DNA from: Pachysolen tannophilus NRRL Y-2460
Lineage: Eukaryota
Assembly: GCA_001661245.1 (NCBI GenBank)
Contig: KV454011.1
Coordinates: 1,652,041-1,716,040 of the forward strand
Direction: 5' to 3'
DNA: 64,000 bases
In this document: piece after piece, positions 34,121 to 47,130 of the stretch
Layout: each line of letters starts with the position of its first letter
Numbering within the stretch: the first letter of the stretch is position 1
Notes under the pieces: model-generated
Seen by the model: only the letters and a program-made list of their open reading frames with translations
Database searches by the model: none
What the model was told of the DNA's origin: nothing
Translations under genes and position numbers: made by a program

Positions 34121-37100
34121 ATGAGTAAGAAAAGGTCAACATCACGAAATTCTAGGAAATCATCAAGTGCATCAAATTCCAAATTATCCATTTTATCGCC
34201 AAATCTCAGTAATAATAATCATAGTAACAATAATCATAATAATAATAATAATAATAACAATAATATTAATGATAATAATGATAATAGCAGCAGCAACAAT
34301 AACACCATTAAATCCCCGTTTACTGATATTCTACCACCGCCGTCATCAAGAAGGTCAACAATACATTCTTCAAGGCTGTCTCTCGGTTCACTGTCCTCTT
34401 TGAGTATGGGAGGAGCTTTGGTATCTCCAATATCACCAGAATTTAAACGGTCAAATCTATCTTTGGATAATGTTTCGCTCATCAATATTAATAATAACAA
34501 CTTACATTCCGATCATGAATTAAGTGATCTGGAACTTTCTCCTGAAATTGAAGCACCAGAAGAAGAAGAAGAAGAAGAAGAAGAAAATTATAGTTATGAA
34601 GATTTTCCAGAGTTCAATTTAGGGGGAACAACAGATCAAACTGGTATTGTTTCTAGCAAAAGTCGTAATGATTCTAAAGCAAAAATAATAAAATATGGGA
34701 AAGGAAATCGATCGGGAAGTGCGCTTGACTTAAATCGGTCCACTACACATGGTTCTTCAGGATATAAATCAAACATAAGTGTGAACGCTGTACCATCATT
34801 GGAATCGTCAGCTGGAATTGGAGAGGTGATAACTTCTCCAACAGGAGGAAAAAACTCCCTTACCAATGACACAGGAAATAAAGAACTAGAAGAAAATATA
34901 ACACAAAAATTAGATGGAGATACTACATTAAAACTTTCTAGTAGTGAGAAATACCACAAGGATGATGCTGATGATGATGATGATGATGATGATGACAGTT
35001 CTAATGATGGAGATTGGAAGCAAATGGCCACAGAATTAGAGTATGACATGTATAACGAAAAAGGTGAATTAATGAATCGTCAACATAATCCATTTGATGA
35101 CATTTTACAAAATCAACATCATGATAGTGCAAGCTTGGGGTATACGAGAATTGCAGCTGAAGAACAAGCAACAAAGTTTAAAAATATTGATAAAGGGTTT
35201 GAGTTTTTGCTCAATAAAGAAAATTCAAATTTAAAAAAATTACATAAACAAGACCAGATCTCTGCTAACAACAGTAAAACTGATTTATCTTTGAATGTTG
35301 ATAAAGAAGAAAAAAAGAAATCAGCCGATGTTTACAATGAAAAAGTTTATTTTCAAATGAATGACAATCATACACATACAGATGATATGGAGAGTTCTGA
35401 TGAGGATGAAACCATTTCGGCCACAAATCAATTGCTGACTACTAAATCAATGTTGGCAGATTATCAGAAAATTGCATATGTTGGCTTGGTTAAGCTTGTG
35501 ATAGTAGAAATGGCTACAGATTTGGCTCTAATTGAAGGTTCAAGCTCAGTTAAAATGCAAAAAAAATTAAGTGCGGCACATGGGAATTTTCAAAACTGGT
35601 CAATAAAAATGATGGAGAGATTGTACGAACATATGGAATTAAGCCTTGAGGAACGTAAAATGATTGAAAATTTGTCTTCTCATGGTGTCAAGGCCGAAGA
35701 CTTAAGCTCAAGTCTAGCTGAAACAGCAAACGTTTCAAATCCTATATATCAGACAGAAGATAATGAAAAATACATAAGTAAAGTGGTTCCAGATGCTTCA
35801 GGAAATACAGCACCGGAAGAAATAAGGGATAAAAAAACACTTGATATTGATATCAAATGGACAATAGTTTGTGATTTGTTTTTAATCTTGTTGTTTGATG
35901 CTGTATATGATTCAAGATCGAGAAATCTTCTATTAAGATTTGGAGAAAAATTGGGCATAACTCATCTTGAAGTATTCCAATTTGAAAGAAGAATTACTGA
36001 TGCATTAGAAATCGAAGAGGCGAGCGAACAAACTTGGAATGAGAAAGAGATCTTGGAAACCAGAAAGAAACTATTCAAAAAGAAAAAATTGTTATACGTT
36101 GGTTTAGCAACCTTGGGTGGTGGATTAGTTATTGGTTTATCTGTTGGTTTATTAGCTCCTGTGATAGGTGCTGGGATTGCTGCTGGTTTATCTACCATAG
36201 GTATAACTGGTACATCCGGGTTTTTGGCAGGTGTTGGGGGAACAGCAATTGTTACAACTACAGGTGTTGTTACAGGTGCTCGAATCGGATCGAAAGGTAT
36301 GATGAAAAGAGTGGGTTCTGTCAAAACATTTGAATTCAGACCGTTGCACAATAACAGAAGAGTCAATTTAATTCTCACAGTTAGTGGTTGGATGAATGGC
36401 TCAGAAGATGATGTTAGATTACCATTTTCAACAGTAGATCCAGTTATGGGCGATTTGTATTCTGTATTGTGGGAACCTGATATGTTGAAAAGTACTGGTC
36501 AAACTATTAATATCTTAGCGACTGAAGTTTTAACACAGTCTATCCAGCAAGTCCTTGGTTCTACTATTTTAATTGCATTTATGTCTTCAATACAATGGCC
36601 AATGGCGCTTTCGAAGTTAGGGTATATATTAGACAACCCATGGAATGTTTCGCTAGATAGAGCTTGGGCAGCAGGTTTGGTGTTGGCTGATACTTTAATT
36701 CAAAGAAATTTGGGTGTACGACCTGTGACATTGGTGGGATTTTCATTAGGTGCACGGTTGATTTACTCCTGTTTACTAGAGTTATCGAAAAGAGGGGCAT
36801 ATGGATTAGTGGAAAATGTTATATTATTTGGTTCTCCTTTTGTCCAAAAGTCTGATCAGCTAGCCTTAGCAAGAACTGTCGTTAGTGGTCAATTCGTTAA
36901 TGGATATTCTAAGAAAGACTGGATTTTGGGGTATTTGTTTAGAGCCACTAGTGGTGGATTAAGAACTGTTGCAGGATTATCTCCCATTACCAGTGTCAAG
37001 GGAATTGAGAATTTTGATTGCACAGAGTATGTGTCTGGACATATGGAGTATCGTCGTGCAATGCCTAAGTTGTTGTCGAAGCTCAATTGGGAAGTTTTGA

Positions 37101-38191
37101 ATGAAGAGTTTGTAGAGATCGATGAGCCTGACACAACTGAGACTGAAAGACAACGTAAATTGATTCATGAGTTCGAAGAGGCAAGAGACCTGATGCTAAG
37201 CGAGTCAAATAAGGCAAAAAACAAAAAAGGAATATTTGGCTGGTTTGGTCCCAAGAAGAAAGAGTGGTGGGAGGTATATGAAGAAGGAAGAAAGGAAATT
37301 GAACAGAGTAAACAGAAACAGATTCTCAATGATGAGATCAACAAAGCTGAGGGTAAGCTGAAGGAGGGAGATGAATCAGAAGAAGGTACAGAAGATCCGT
37401 TTTCAGACGAGGCCATTTTTGACGTTGACGCAATTGTGAAAGAAATTGTAGAGCTAAAAGAAAATGGTGAATTATCAGCTGAAAATCTAAGACCGAGATC
37501 TCAATCGGCGATTGCCAGAGAATCAGGTGCACTTCCACCAATACATAAATTACAGCTTGATGAAGAGGAAGAGGAAATGGCAGACGAAGATCAAGATTCT
37601 ACTAGTGATGATTCTACTAATCAAAAATCCATGCCTAAAAAGGAATCGTTCATGTCGAGCATCTTTAAAAGTACCTCGGTAACATCTACGGCTAAACCAC
37701 TGCAGTGCGATATTACAGATGATGCTAGACAGCCATCAGTATCAAAGAGGAATTCGGTGGGCGGTCAAAACTCTTTTGTTCCAAAACCCTTCAAAAGCCC
37801 CCAGTTGCATAATAACAATAAAGTTGTTCCTAATCATAATAAAAGTACTAGTATTTCAACCCCGCCATTATCAAACGAAGAGTTTACACCAAGACCTTTT
37901 AAAAGTCCAAGCGTGCATAAGCCTGATGCTTCCCCTAGTAGTAACAGTGAAAGAAGTATGAGGAAATCTTCGGTCTTGCAGTCCGTCGTTTTATTTGAAG
38001 GTGCTGAAGAGAACTCTGCTGCGGAGCCAAGTTCGCCTAAGAAGGTTTCTACTGAGAAATCATCCCCAAATCAGGAAGTGCCAGCTACTGTAGAAAAAGA
38101 AGAATCTCCACAAAAGCAAATTAGTGCTTACTATGATGATGATGATGAGTTTGCTACTAACGGCGAAAATATCAAGATGTCATTTTCCTAG
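34121..38191 (+). CDS. MIL1: Mil1 (DUF726/TMCO4 lipase-like, AP-1R adaptor interactor)
   Basis: DIKWTIVCDLF...YDSRSR, Gly-rich TM region, RPVTLVGFSLGAR, DWILGYLFRA; N-terminal WKQM motif. Confidence 0.9.
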   Translation: MSKKRSTSRNSRKSSSASNSKLSILSPNLSNNNHSNNNHNNNNNNNNNINDNNDNSSSNNNTIKSPFTDILPPPSSRRSTIHSSRLSLGSLSSLSMGGALVSPISPEFKRSNLSLDNVSLININNNNLHSDHELSDLELSPEIEAPEEEEEEEEENYSYEDFPEFNLGGTTDQTGIVSSKSRNDSKAKIIKYGKGNRSGSALDLNRSTTHGSSGYKSNISVNAVPSLESSAGIGEVITSPTGGKNSLTNDTGNKELEENITQKLDGDTTLKLSSSEKYHKDDADDDDDDDDDSSNDGDWKQMATELEYDMYNEKGELMNRQHNPFDDILQNQHHDSASLGYTRIAAEEQATKFKNIDKGFEFLLNKENSNLKKLHKQDQISANNSKTDLSLNVDKEEKKKSADVYNEKVYFQMNDNHTHTDDMESSDEDETISATNQLLTTKSMLADYQKIAYVGLVKLVIVEMATDLALIEGSSSVKMQKKLSAAHGNFQNWSIKMMERLYEHMELSLEERKMIENLSSHGVKAEDLSSSLAETANVSNPIYQTEDNEKYISKVVPDASGNTAPEEIRDKKTLDIDIKWTIVCDLFLILLFDAVYDSRSRNLLLRFGEKLGITHLEVFQFERRITDALEIEEASEQTWNEKEILETRKKLFKKKKLLYVGLATLGGGLVIGLSVGLLAPVIGAGIAAGLSTIGITGTSGFLAGVGGTAIVTTTGVVTGARIGSKGMMKRVGSVKTFEFRPLHNNRRVNLILTVSGWMNGSEDDVRLPFSTVDPVMGDLYSVLWEPDMLKSTGQTINILATEVLTQSIQQVLGSTILIAFMSSIQWPMALSKLGYILDNPWNVSLDRAWAAGLVLADTLIQRNLGVRPVTLVGFSLGARLIYSCLLELSKRGAYGLVENVILFGSPFVQKSDQLALARTVVSGQFVNGYSKKDWILGYLFRATSGGLRTVAGLSPITSVKGIENFDCTEYVSGHMEYRRAMPKLLSKLNWEVLNEEFVEIDEPDTTETERQRKLIHEFEEARDLMLSESNKAKNKKGIFGWFGPKKKEWWEVYEEGRKEIEQSKQKQILNDEINKAEGKLKEGDESEEGTEDPFSDEAIFDVDAIVKEIVELKENGELSAENLRPRSQSAIARESGALPPIHKLQLDEEEEEMADEDQDSTSDDSTNQKSMPKKESFMSSIFKSTSVTSTAKPLQCDITDDARQPSVSKRNSVGGQNSFVPKPFKSPQLHNNNKVVPNHNKSTSISTPPLSNEEFTPRPFKSPSVHKPDASPSSNSERSMRKSSVLQSVVLFEGAEENSAAEPSSPKKVSTEKSSPNQEVPATVEKEESPQKQISAYYDDDDEFATNGENIKMSFS

Positions 38192-38453
38192 GAATTTGCA
38201 TGAGGTTTTTTTACTATTTATTTCATTTATCTTTTATTAATTTATTAGCATTTTTCGCATTTACTATTAAAAATGGATTATCCATTATGTATATTTTTTT
38301 CAAGTAGGGAATAAAATAACAGAGAATAAAGAACAATAAATCAAGGCTATTAAAAACACTAATAAAAAAAGGAAGTTTAATCTTATGACTTAATACAAGG
38401 GAATTACCAAAATGAAGGAAGGGCTTTCGTTAAATTTATTATTCCAACTTTAC

Positions 38454-40226
38454 TTACAAAAAAACCTCTGCATTGATTTCAACCGATGAGCAGGCATAAG
38501 GTATATCAAAAAAACCTAAAGTTTCTGGGTGTAAAACACCAATAGCTCCAATATGCTGAGCTTCTCCGTCTTTTTTAGCTCTGAAGAAAATTTTAGCTCC
38601 TCTGCCAGGGAAGAAAGTCTGATTAGAAGAATCTTCTGTAATCCAATATCCTCTTTCACCAGAGCTTGGATCAATTAACCATGGAGATCTCATAGTCTGC
38701 ATTATTTTACCTAATAAACCTTGAATATATTCGAAACCTGAAGTTTTTCCAGCGTAAATGGCAGCCCAATTTCTTTGGTTAAATGCTCCTCTCTCCAATT
38801 CCGGATTTTTAAGAACAATATCACCACTTTCAAAAACTTTGATTGGCAATGAATGTTTTCTATTTTCCTTAATGGTTTTCAATATACCTGGCAACAACGT
38901 TGTTCTAACAACTTGGTATTCAAAAGTTTTTGGATTTGCTAATTTAACTGCCTGTGTATTATCGTCAACCTGTCTCAAAAATTTGAAATTTTCATCATGT
39001 GAACATAATGTTAATGGCATAACTTCCAACCATCCACTTTGAGCGGTAGCTAACCTCAAGACATCAGCAACTTTATTAATAGCTAAAGGAGTAGCAATTA
39101 ATGATGTTCCAGCATTAGCAGTTTTCTTTAAGTTGTTGTAACCATAGGCAATAGCGGCATCTTCCATAATATCACATTGATGTAAGATATCAGGTCTAGT
39201 AATTGGAATTTGAACATCTAATATATTATTATCTTTAGAAGAAGGTTTGGCATGCAATGACATTCTCAAAAGCAATTTAGATATTTCTTCACCAGAAAGT
39301 TGCAAGCCAAGACAAGAGTTAATATATGAAATTTCAGCTTGCATTGTTCTTGGTTCAATATTAGGGAAGACACGAGTTTCACCATTGTGTTCTGATATAA
39401 TCTTAACAGGTTCAACTGTAAATGGATCATCACAGTATACGGAAAACATAGCAACTAATTGATTAACAACAATTTCTGCTTTTGTTCTATCAGTAGCAGT
39501 GATATCAAGAAAAACGTTCCTTGTGTTCAAAGTGATCTTTGAATGATTAGAGTTAATAATTGGAGGTAATGAGCAAACAGTTTTATTTGAATCTAAGATA
39601 ACTGGATAAACATCAGAATCTTTAATGATGTGCAAGTATTTACCCAAATTTTTATCATTTTCATAAAATTCCATCAACTGAGTACCATTCATCTCCTTGG
39701 TTTGATTTAAAGGGACAAATTTGATTTCTGATGGTGGTAATGCTTCATAAGTGAAAGGTGGTTTTAAAGTATCTAAATCATGAGTACCCATAGCGACCAA
39801 AGTTCTATTACGACACAAATTAGTATGTAATTTGTCCTGTAAAGCAATAAATGATTCGTAACTTCTTTGAGTGAATTTAATATTCCTCAAGATAGCCGCT
39901 GCTGCGTATGGACGAATTTTTGAAGTTGATTCTTTAATAGTCATTGTAATTTCTGGTATTGGAGGAGACAATTTAAATTGTGCTGGAGGTTTATTACCTA
40001 AAAATTCATTAAGAGCCTGTGCAATACCTTCAATACACAACATATCATATCTATTAGCTGGAATTTCAATCTTCAACTGCGGCCTTTCTCCAGCAGAACA
40101 TTCATCAGTGGTATCTTCATCCAATTCTATACCAAATTCAAAACATAAATTATCAAAATCTTCAGTACTATACGTCTTACCTAGTAAGTTGTATAAATCT
40201 TCCTTATCAACGGCGATGGTAGGCAT
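38454..40226 (-). CDS. FRS1: Cytoplasmic phenylalanyl-tRNA synthetase beta subunit
   Basis: [54 protein letters not shown]. Confidence 0.97.
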   Translation of the reverse strand: MPTIAVDKEDLYNLLGKTYSTEDFDNLCFEFGIELDEDTTDECSAGERPQLKIEIPANRYDMLCIEGIAQALNEFLGNKPPAQFKLSPPIPEITMTIKESTSKIRPYAAAAILRNIKFTQRSYESFIALQDKLHTNLCRNRTLVAMGTHDLDTLKPPFTYEALPPSEIKFVPLNQTKEMNGTQLMEFYENDKNLGKYLHIIKDSDVYPVILDSNKTVCSLPPIINSNHSKITLNTRNVFLDITATDRTKAEIVVNQLVAMFSVYCDDPFTVEPVKIISEHNGETRVFPNIEPRTMQAEISYINSCLGLQLSGEEISKLLLRMSLHAKPSSKDNNILDVQIPITRPDILHQCDIMEDAAIAYGYNNLKKTANAGTSLIATPLAINKVADVLRLATAQSGWLEVMPLTLCSHDENFKFLRQVDDNTQAVKLANPKTFEYQVVRTTLLPGILKTIKENRKHSLPIKVFESGDIVLKNPELERGAFNQRNWAAIYAGKTSGFEYIQGLLGKIMQTMRSPWLIDPSSGERGYWITEDSSNQTFFPGRGAKIFFRAKKDGEAQHIGAIGVLHPETLGFFDIPYACSSVEINAEVFL

Positions 40227-40527
40227 CTTCTAAATACAAACACTCAATCTATAATAGCTAACAGTTCTATATAAACGTCGTTATAAATTACTACTAACTA
40301 TTTAACTTTATATAAATTATTTTAAACCATTGGTAAAGCTATTTTCTTCATTCATTGAAGCTATGACGAATCGACGGAAAATTTTTGGTTAATATTTTAA
40401 TTTGTATTTTGATACACGACACAATATAAAACTACAGTTACAAATTATGCTACAAGTTTGAGTTGAAGATGGAGTTTGAGTTGGAGTTGGACATCAAGTA
40501 GACTGGGGAGAATATATTGCGTTAGTA

Positions 40528-42486
40528 TCAAGCTCTACTGTCCGAGCTAGTTAAATGACGTCGTATGTGAGCAATTCTTAGTTTTGAAAGTTGCCGCTGG
40601 GTTTCGATCTCGTCATCAGGGTAATGTCCAAAACTACCATTATCACCTTCTGTTACATCACCACCGTATTCTGATAAACACAACAACAACAATTTCAAGT
40701 TGCCCAATAAGTTCCTGGGATCCAGAATACCTCTTACTCCGACCACTTCTAATAATTGTTCTATGTTTTTCCCCAATAAAATCAAGCCATACTCGAATCT
40801 ATGTATACTGTTGATATTGTCTTTGCACCATAAGGGAAACAATTTCGAGTTTTTCAATTGAGAAATTGGATCACATATATAGGAATTTGAGCCAAAAGGT
40901 TCTATTGGGTATCTTAAAGGTATGGCCAAATAATGCGATAATAGGAAAACTAATTGCGTAATGAAATTCAATACGGCACCTATTTGTAAGTCCATTGTCT
41001 TTGTCATCCATTGTGGATTAATTTTTGATGGTAATCTATAATTTAAAATCATAAATTCATGAGGCATACTTTTAACTGGTTCAATTGGAAAAATTTCCAA
41101 TAATTTTGAAGAAACTTTTGATCTTTCTTTTAATAACTCATTGTTTATATCATCCAATTTATTTGCTTTCAGACCAAATTCATCTCTTAATGTATATAAA
41201 TGTTCTTTTTCAATTGATAACTCAACTAATGTATCTTTAACTTGTTGTTTTCTAGATGTTATCGATGACAGTTTTTTCAAATATTCTAGGTTTAATTTTC
41301 TAACTTTTTTCGATTTAGATTCTATCTCTACTTCAATTAATTTGATTTTAACAGTAATATCCGTTTTATTCATTGATGTAAATTCTTTTTCCCGAAGAAT
41401 TTCCATATTTTTCTCTATATCCCGAGATATTGTAATTTTACTCTTTTCTGAATCTCGTATAAATGATTGTAAATTGTTCAACTTTAAAATATGATCAAAT
41501 GATGCTGATAAAATGGGCCTTATTGATGATGCTGCTGAATTTGTTCTATTACTCTTTCTATGTTTACGAGAACCATCATCTCTTTTCTCCTGATAACCAA
41601 TTCCTAAAAAGAAATTTTCAATTGGAATTAAATAATAACCATCGGTCAAGACAACTAACACCATATTTTCATCTTGTAATTCTGATTCAATTAATTCTTC
41701 TCCTAAATATCTTAACATTGACAATATTAAATCTATCCTTAATAATAAAATCCATCCATTATCTTTACTATGTTCTTTGCACCATATCTTTATTCTTAAT
41801 GTTTCAAATTCGCTGTATTTTAAACTGGAAAAATCAAACTCCATAAAATTAGGATTCATATTTTGTTCCACCACTTCGCTAACATAAATAGGTTGTTCAC
41901 TATTAACTAAATGTATTGAGAAAAAAGTATCAACTAATCTTGACTTATTCAAATTTTGTAATCGTATTTGCTTTTCAACTGGATCATTTGATCCTATTAA
42001 TTTAGCAGATTTTTCTAATTCTTTCAGTAACATTGAATCACTATCACTATTTTTATCATGAACGAATGAATCTTTATATGAACTTTGTAAATGCATCGTA
42101 CTTCTTGTTAAATTTCTTTGTTTCAAAGATTTCAAACTCTTTGAGTGAGTATTTGTGACATTTTTCTTCTCATTAATCACATTTATATTGATATTACGTA
42201 AAAGTATACTCCTTAGCTGCTTTAATTTCTTCTTTAAAATCAAAAACACACACAAAAAAAAAGAACATAAATTAAAAATAATAAAAGTTAGTTATTAATG
42301 ATTCAATTTTTTTCTATTGAATTCATATTAAACTTGAAATAAACTTACTGGCCGTGGTCGTATAAGCCGATGATTTAAATTATTTGTTATCGATTCACTA
42401 TTTGAAAACGAGTTATTAAACGGAAATGACGACTGATTAACTACTGGCGAGGATGGTGTAGATTTTGACATTCTCTTGTTTTCCAT
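40528..42486 (-). CDS. VPS38: Vps38/UVRAG subunit of PI3K complex II; exon 1 42486 (or 42471)-42349, intron 42348-42232, exon 2 42231-40528
   Basis: KKLKQLRSILLRN, FFSIH...YVSEVVEQNMNPNF, coiled coil, PLRYP, FPLW, FEYG..LL.KNIEQL. Intron GTAAGT...AACTAAC...AAG joins the two exons in phase 0. Confidence 0.85.
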
Positions 42487-42815
42487 CCATTGATCACTCA
42501 ATCGACCTCCGTTTACGTGGTCCGTCCTTTTTACAAAAGGAAATACTGCTTTTTTTCTTTGTTTTTTTTTTGTTTGATCAACTTCTATTACAATTCAATT
42601 TTTTATAAATTTTATTATTTTTATTAATTTTTATTTTTTTTTAACCAAATTTTCTGTTATTTAACAAAAAAAAACTAAAATCTTAATTGTAAATAATAAT
42701 AGAGATAGATAACAAACTATTAGAAAAGATAACGACAGGAAAACTTCAAGTGAAAAGCCAAATAATCAAGGAAATATATTTATGTATATATATTTATAAC
42801 AATGGTTGTTAGATT

Positions 42816-43514
42816 ATGGGGAATTTTATGATTTGTTTGTCTCACTTTTGTGAAATACATGGGCCCTCTATAGTGATGTGTACCCAATCATTTAAACTGG
42901 ATAATATCAATAAATTAGATAACAATGCTTTTTTATCTTCTTCAGCACCATCATCAGCAACTTGTTTGTCATGCCAACTTATATTACCGACATCATCGCC
43001 TTCAAACCTGATAAGAACTATTGATGAAGAATCTCATTTAATTTTCATATCAACACAATATCCATCTTCACAATCAAGATATCGTGCTTTAAGACAAATA
43101 GTCATGAAAGCGCTTTCCGTCGAGACAACTCATGATGGATTGAACCCTATAATGTTTGGTGATTCAACTCTGGGATATTCAATAACAATGGTTTTCAAGA
43201 TCAAAGACTCAACTGCAAGAGGTTCAGAGAGAAAATATGCATTGATAATAACTGCAGAAGACGAAAGTGAATTGGTTCATTCATGGAGTTTAGTAGTAGA
43301 AAATTTAAGAGAATTTATTAAATTAATTAAGGACAGAATAACCGAATTAGAATTAAGTAAAACAATGAATAATACAGAACTAATGGATAATAATGAAAGA
43401 TTTTATAGAAGAAGTTTACCAAAATCAAAGAATTTAACAGAGTTATTGGAAGATAAAAAATTATTCATAAAGATACACCTTTGGGCATCAAATTTATTGT
43501 GCAATTTAAATTAA
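42816..43514 (+). CDS. LST7: Folliculin homologue Lst7
   Basis: LSHFCEIHGP...CTQ, C.SC, FISTQYP, FGD, D.TARG.ERKYAL. Confidence 0.92.
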   Translation: MGNFMICLSHFCEIHGPSIVMCTQSFKLDNINKLDNNAFLSSSAPSSATCLSCQLILPTSSPSNLIRTIDEESHLIFISTQYPSSQSRYRALRQIVMKALSVETTHDGLNPIMFGDSTLGYSITMVFKIKDSTARGSERKYALIITAEDESELVHSWSLVVENLREFIKLIKDRITELELSKTMNNTELMDNNERFYRRSLPKSKNLTELLEDKKLFIKIHLWASNLLCNLN

Positions 43515-43790
43515 TTTTTTTCATAATTTTTGAAGTTCAAGGTATATATATATAAATATATAGAAAGAGAGAGAGAGGAAGAGAGGGAAAATTAATAAAA
43601 TAAAAGTATTTAGCTTCTTAATAATATTAATCAGTATATTCGTAATAACTAGAAGTTAATTGTTAGAGAGAAACTTTTACGTTAACTTTCCGGGCAATTA
43701 ACAAACTATTCTTTCAGAAGCAACCAAATATCACATAAAAAGCAGAACGTGAAAAAAAAAAATTAAAAAAATTAAAAATTAAACAGTTTT

Positions 43791-43872
43791 TGAATGAGAC
43801 GAGATTCGAACTCGCGCCTCTTGCGAGATCTGAACTTGAGTCAGACGCCTTAGACCCCTCGGCCACTCATCC
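43791..43872 (-). tRNA. tRNA-Leu, anticodon CAA, intronless, 82 nt
   Basis: Minus strand: acceptor GGATGAG/CTCATTC-A, anticodon arm TCTGA-CTCAAGT-TCAGA, long variable arm CTC-GCAA-GAG, T loop GTTCGAATC; oligo-T Pol III terminators follow. Confidence 0.96.
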
Positions 43873-44364
43873 TTTGACTGTGAAAAGGCATAACTTTTTG
43901 CAAACTACGATTAGTAGTATCTTTTTTTTTTGTACCCAATGGAAAGAAATAAATAAATAAATACATACATACATGGTGAATAAGTTTACAGAGTTTTTCA
44001 TAGCTATAAATTATGAAATATTTACGGTATACAATTTGTGATGTAACATAAACTATATTCATTGCATATACACATATTTATATACATATATATATATATA
44101 TATATAATTTTTATTAAAATTTTTCACCTCTTGCTATTAATAAAATTATTAAACAAACAAAAATAGAAAGCAAAATATAAAAGTGAGGGCCAAAAAAAAA
44201 AAAAAAAAAAAAACATAAAAAATTTAGGTGCTGATAAAACTAAACATTAGAATGATCATTAACCAAAACTTTGAAAAAAATATAAGACAAAAGAAAGAAA
44301 AAAGTGCTTCTCATCTAATTTAAAATTTTTAAAAATGTAAAATAAAATGGAAAACGGTATTTCG

Positions 44365-46338
44365 TCATCTCTTCCATGACCCCAAAAAATGACTGGCTAA
44401 ATCTTTTGCTGAAAATCTTTTAGGATTAGAGCTAGAATTATTATTACTCAAGTCGTCGTCGCTGGAATTAAGTTTGAAATCAGTATTACCATTTCTGACG
44501 CTATTATCATTATTGGTAAACTTACTGCCATTGGAACTAGTTATCATGGATCCTCCACTTCCACTTATTGACCTTTGTAAACTTTCACCTAAAATATTTT
44601 GATGATGGTGTTGGTGCTGATGTTGCGATTGAGGCTGTTGAGCACCATCGAGATTACTATTCTCATTGTTTTTAATGATTTTCTGATCATCGCATGTTTC
44701 TTTATTGTTGGTAGCATCTTCATCTTCGTCTTCACTATCAAACAAAAAAGAAGTTTTAATTTGGCCAGAAACAGAGGTATTAGATTGATATGGGGGTAAT
44801 GGTTGTTGTGGATTAGTTATATTGATCCCACTTACTTTCCCACTCGGTGAACTATGGATTGTGTCTGCATTAGCGTTAGAGATGAATGATGATGATACAG
44901 CCGAATTGGTCCCCGTGTCAACTGATTGATCACTGATGGTTGTGGTACTACCGTTCTTACTATCATTTGCATTCGGAGTGGTAACATAATTATCAGCAGC
45001 CCTTAATGTAGCGTTTGAAGCCGAAGGGGTGATAGATAATGGTGATGGTACTATATCGATTGGTTTACTCACTGCTTTTGTTGATGTCACTGGGCTATGA
45101 ACATCTTCAATATGAATTAATGAGCCCAAATCTAAATTATCTGGCAAGTCATACACTTCTAAATCGTTATTTTGTGTAACTATATCGTTTGCTGAGGTAT
45201 CATTTGTATAGATTGAGTTATAATTATAATTGTAATGATAATCATAATTTCTATTTGTATTAACATTGTGAGAAATTCTGTTTGGATATGGGTTTTCATA
45301 ATATGAGGAATAATAAGTAGGTTCTTCAACTTTATTATCTATATCTTCATCTTCATCATCAGTAGAATTATACTTCAATTTGGCATTCGGTAATAGTTCA
45401 ATAATGTTGTAAAAGGGCTTACTGATTTTGTGAGAAGCAGAAGAAATTAATGTATTTTCATCACTACTGCTATCATTATGTGTTGTAGTAGTACTATCAT
45501 TACTATTTGCCTTTGCTAATTTTTGTTGTTGCAAATGTTTCATATTGGCCATAGAGTTTGATTTAACATTTAAGAAAAATCCGCCATCCTCATCATCCTC
45601 ATCATCTTCTTCTTCATCAACATTTTCAGAATCATTATAAAGTCCACCTTCATCATCAGTGTTGTAACCACCTTGGTAAACCACTTTTCTACCTCCTTGA
45701 TCATCTTCGTAATCAAAATCTTCTTCATCGGATGAGGGAATATCAACAGCAATGCATTGCTCCACTTTTTCATTAAAACGAATGTGACGATCTTTTTTCG
45801 GCTGGGAATTACTTGGCGTTGAAAAAGATGACTTTTTAGTTATTGCACCAATGGAATCTGAACTTTCTAAATTCATATTTGAAATTGTTGGTGAACTCAA
45901 CAGGTTTTCGTCATCAGTTCTATTGGCACTGTTATTAAGATACGGGCTATTACCATTGCTATTATTATTATTATTATTATTTTGATTGTTAGTGTAGTTA
46001 TTGGATTTATTATTTTCCTTAACAACTGGTGGCGATTGGCGGTGTGTGCGTTGGTGGTAATGGCTTGGAGTAGTAGCCTCCAAGATGGGGCTTCCAGTTT
46101 TGTGATGGCTATTATGATGATGAGCTTGAATTATTGATAACTTCATGAATTCTGCTTGTGATAACATCATCTCAGCAGCAGTTCTCTTTTTCAATATTGG
46201 CTTAGGTCCTTTTTTATTATTAGGTGTCTTGCACTTATTTTTACTTGTGCCATACTTATCATTAACAACGCTGTTCTCATTGTTGTTGTTATCATCATTA
46301 ATATCATTGTCATCATCATTATAATCATTATCATCATC

Positions 46339-46373
<35 letters not shown>

Positions 46374-47130
46374 TATTATTATTATGGTTATTATTTTTAT
46401 TATTGTTATTATTATTATTATTTTTACCACCGCTAAGCAGCGGTGATGCCGAACTTGCTTTAATATTTTTCAAATCTTTCTTTGGAGATAATTCATCAGT
46501 TAAAAAATCCGAAGCACCAGGCTCTTTATATAACGGACCATACAACCAAGTGACTTCACTATCTTTTAACCAGTTAACAGATTCTGGAGACACGGTTTTT
46601 AATTTATACTTTGCCTGTGCCCAAGTTCTCCATGAAGCATTTTCCAATCTTGCACTATTTGCAACATCTTTTCTTTTCATAACAATATACTTCCAAGATT
46701 TCGAGATATCAGATTCTTTCCAATCATGAGATAAATAATCAACATGGGATTGTGGTTCATAAATCAAATCGTTATCATCATGAGGAAGTAATTCTGGTGA
46801 AACCAATACCGAAGATGAAGAACTTGAAGACGTTGCCACCGAAACTGGAGACTGCACATTATCCTCCCGATCACCCACCAGCACTTGAGATTGCTGTTGA
46901 CGTCCTTGACTGCTCTGTGACTGGTAATCACCTTCATCATCATCTTCATCACTACTATCTGAATTATACAAAATCGACCGACTCCTAAATTGCAGCGGTC
47001 TATTATTTCTTTGGTTAAAATTTTTACTATTGTTATTACTACTGTTTGATGTATCAATCTTGGGCAACCGATGTTTCAACTCTGATGAAGATGGATTATA
47101 ATAATTTTGGTTTTTTAATCCATTTTTCAT
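44365..47130 (-). CDS. REG1: Reg1, Glc7/PP1 regulatory subunit, lacking its conserved N-terminal ~100 aa
   Basis: HVDYLSHDWKESDISKSWKY...RLENASWRTWA...VTWLYGP domain, KPILKKRT, PP1-docking RHIRF. The KRTRS(M/L)GLL block is missing from this ORF. Confidence 0.92.

Noticed and set aside
43791..43872. Possibility that this is the recoded tRNA(CAG)
   Set aside because: The anticodon is CAA, it has a Leu-type long variable arm, and pair 3:70 is A:U rather than the G3:U70 Ala determinant. It is an ordinary Leu tRNA.
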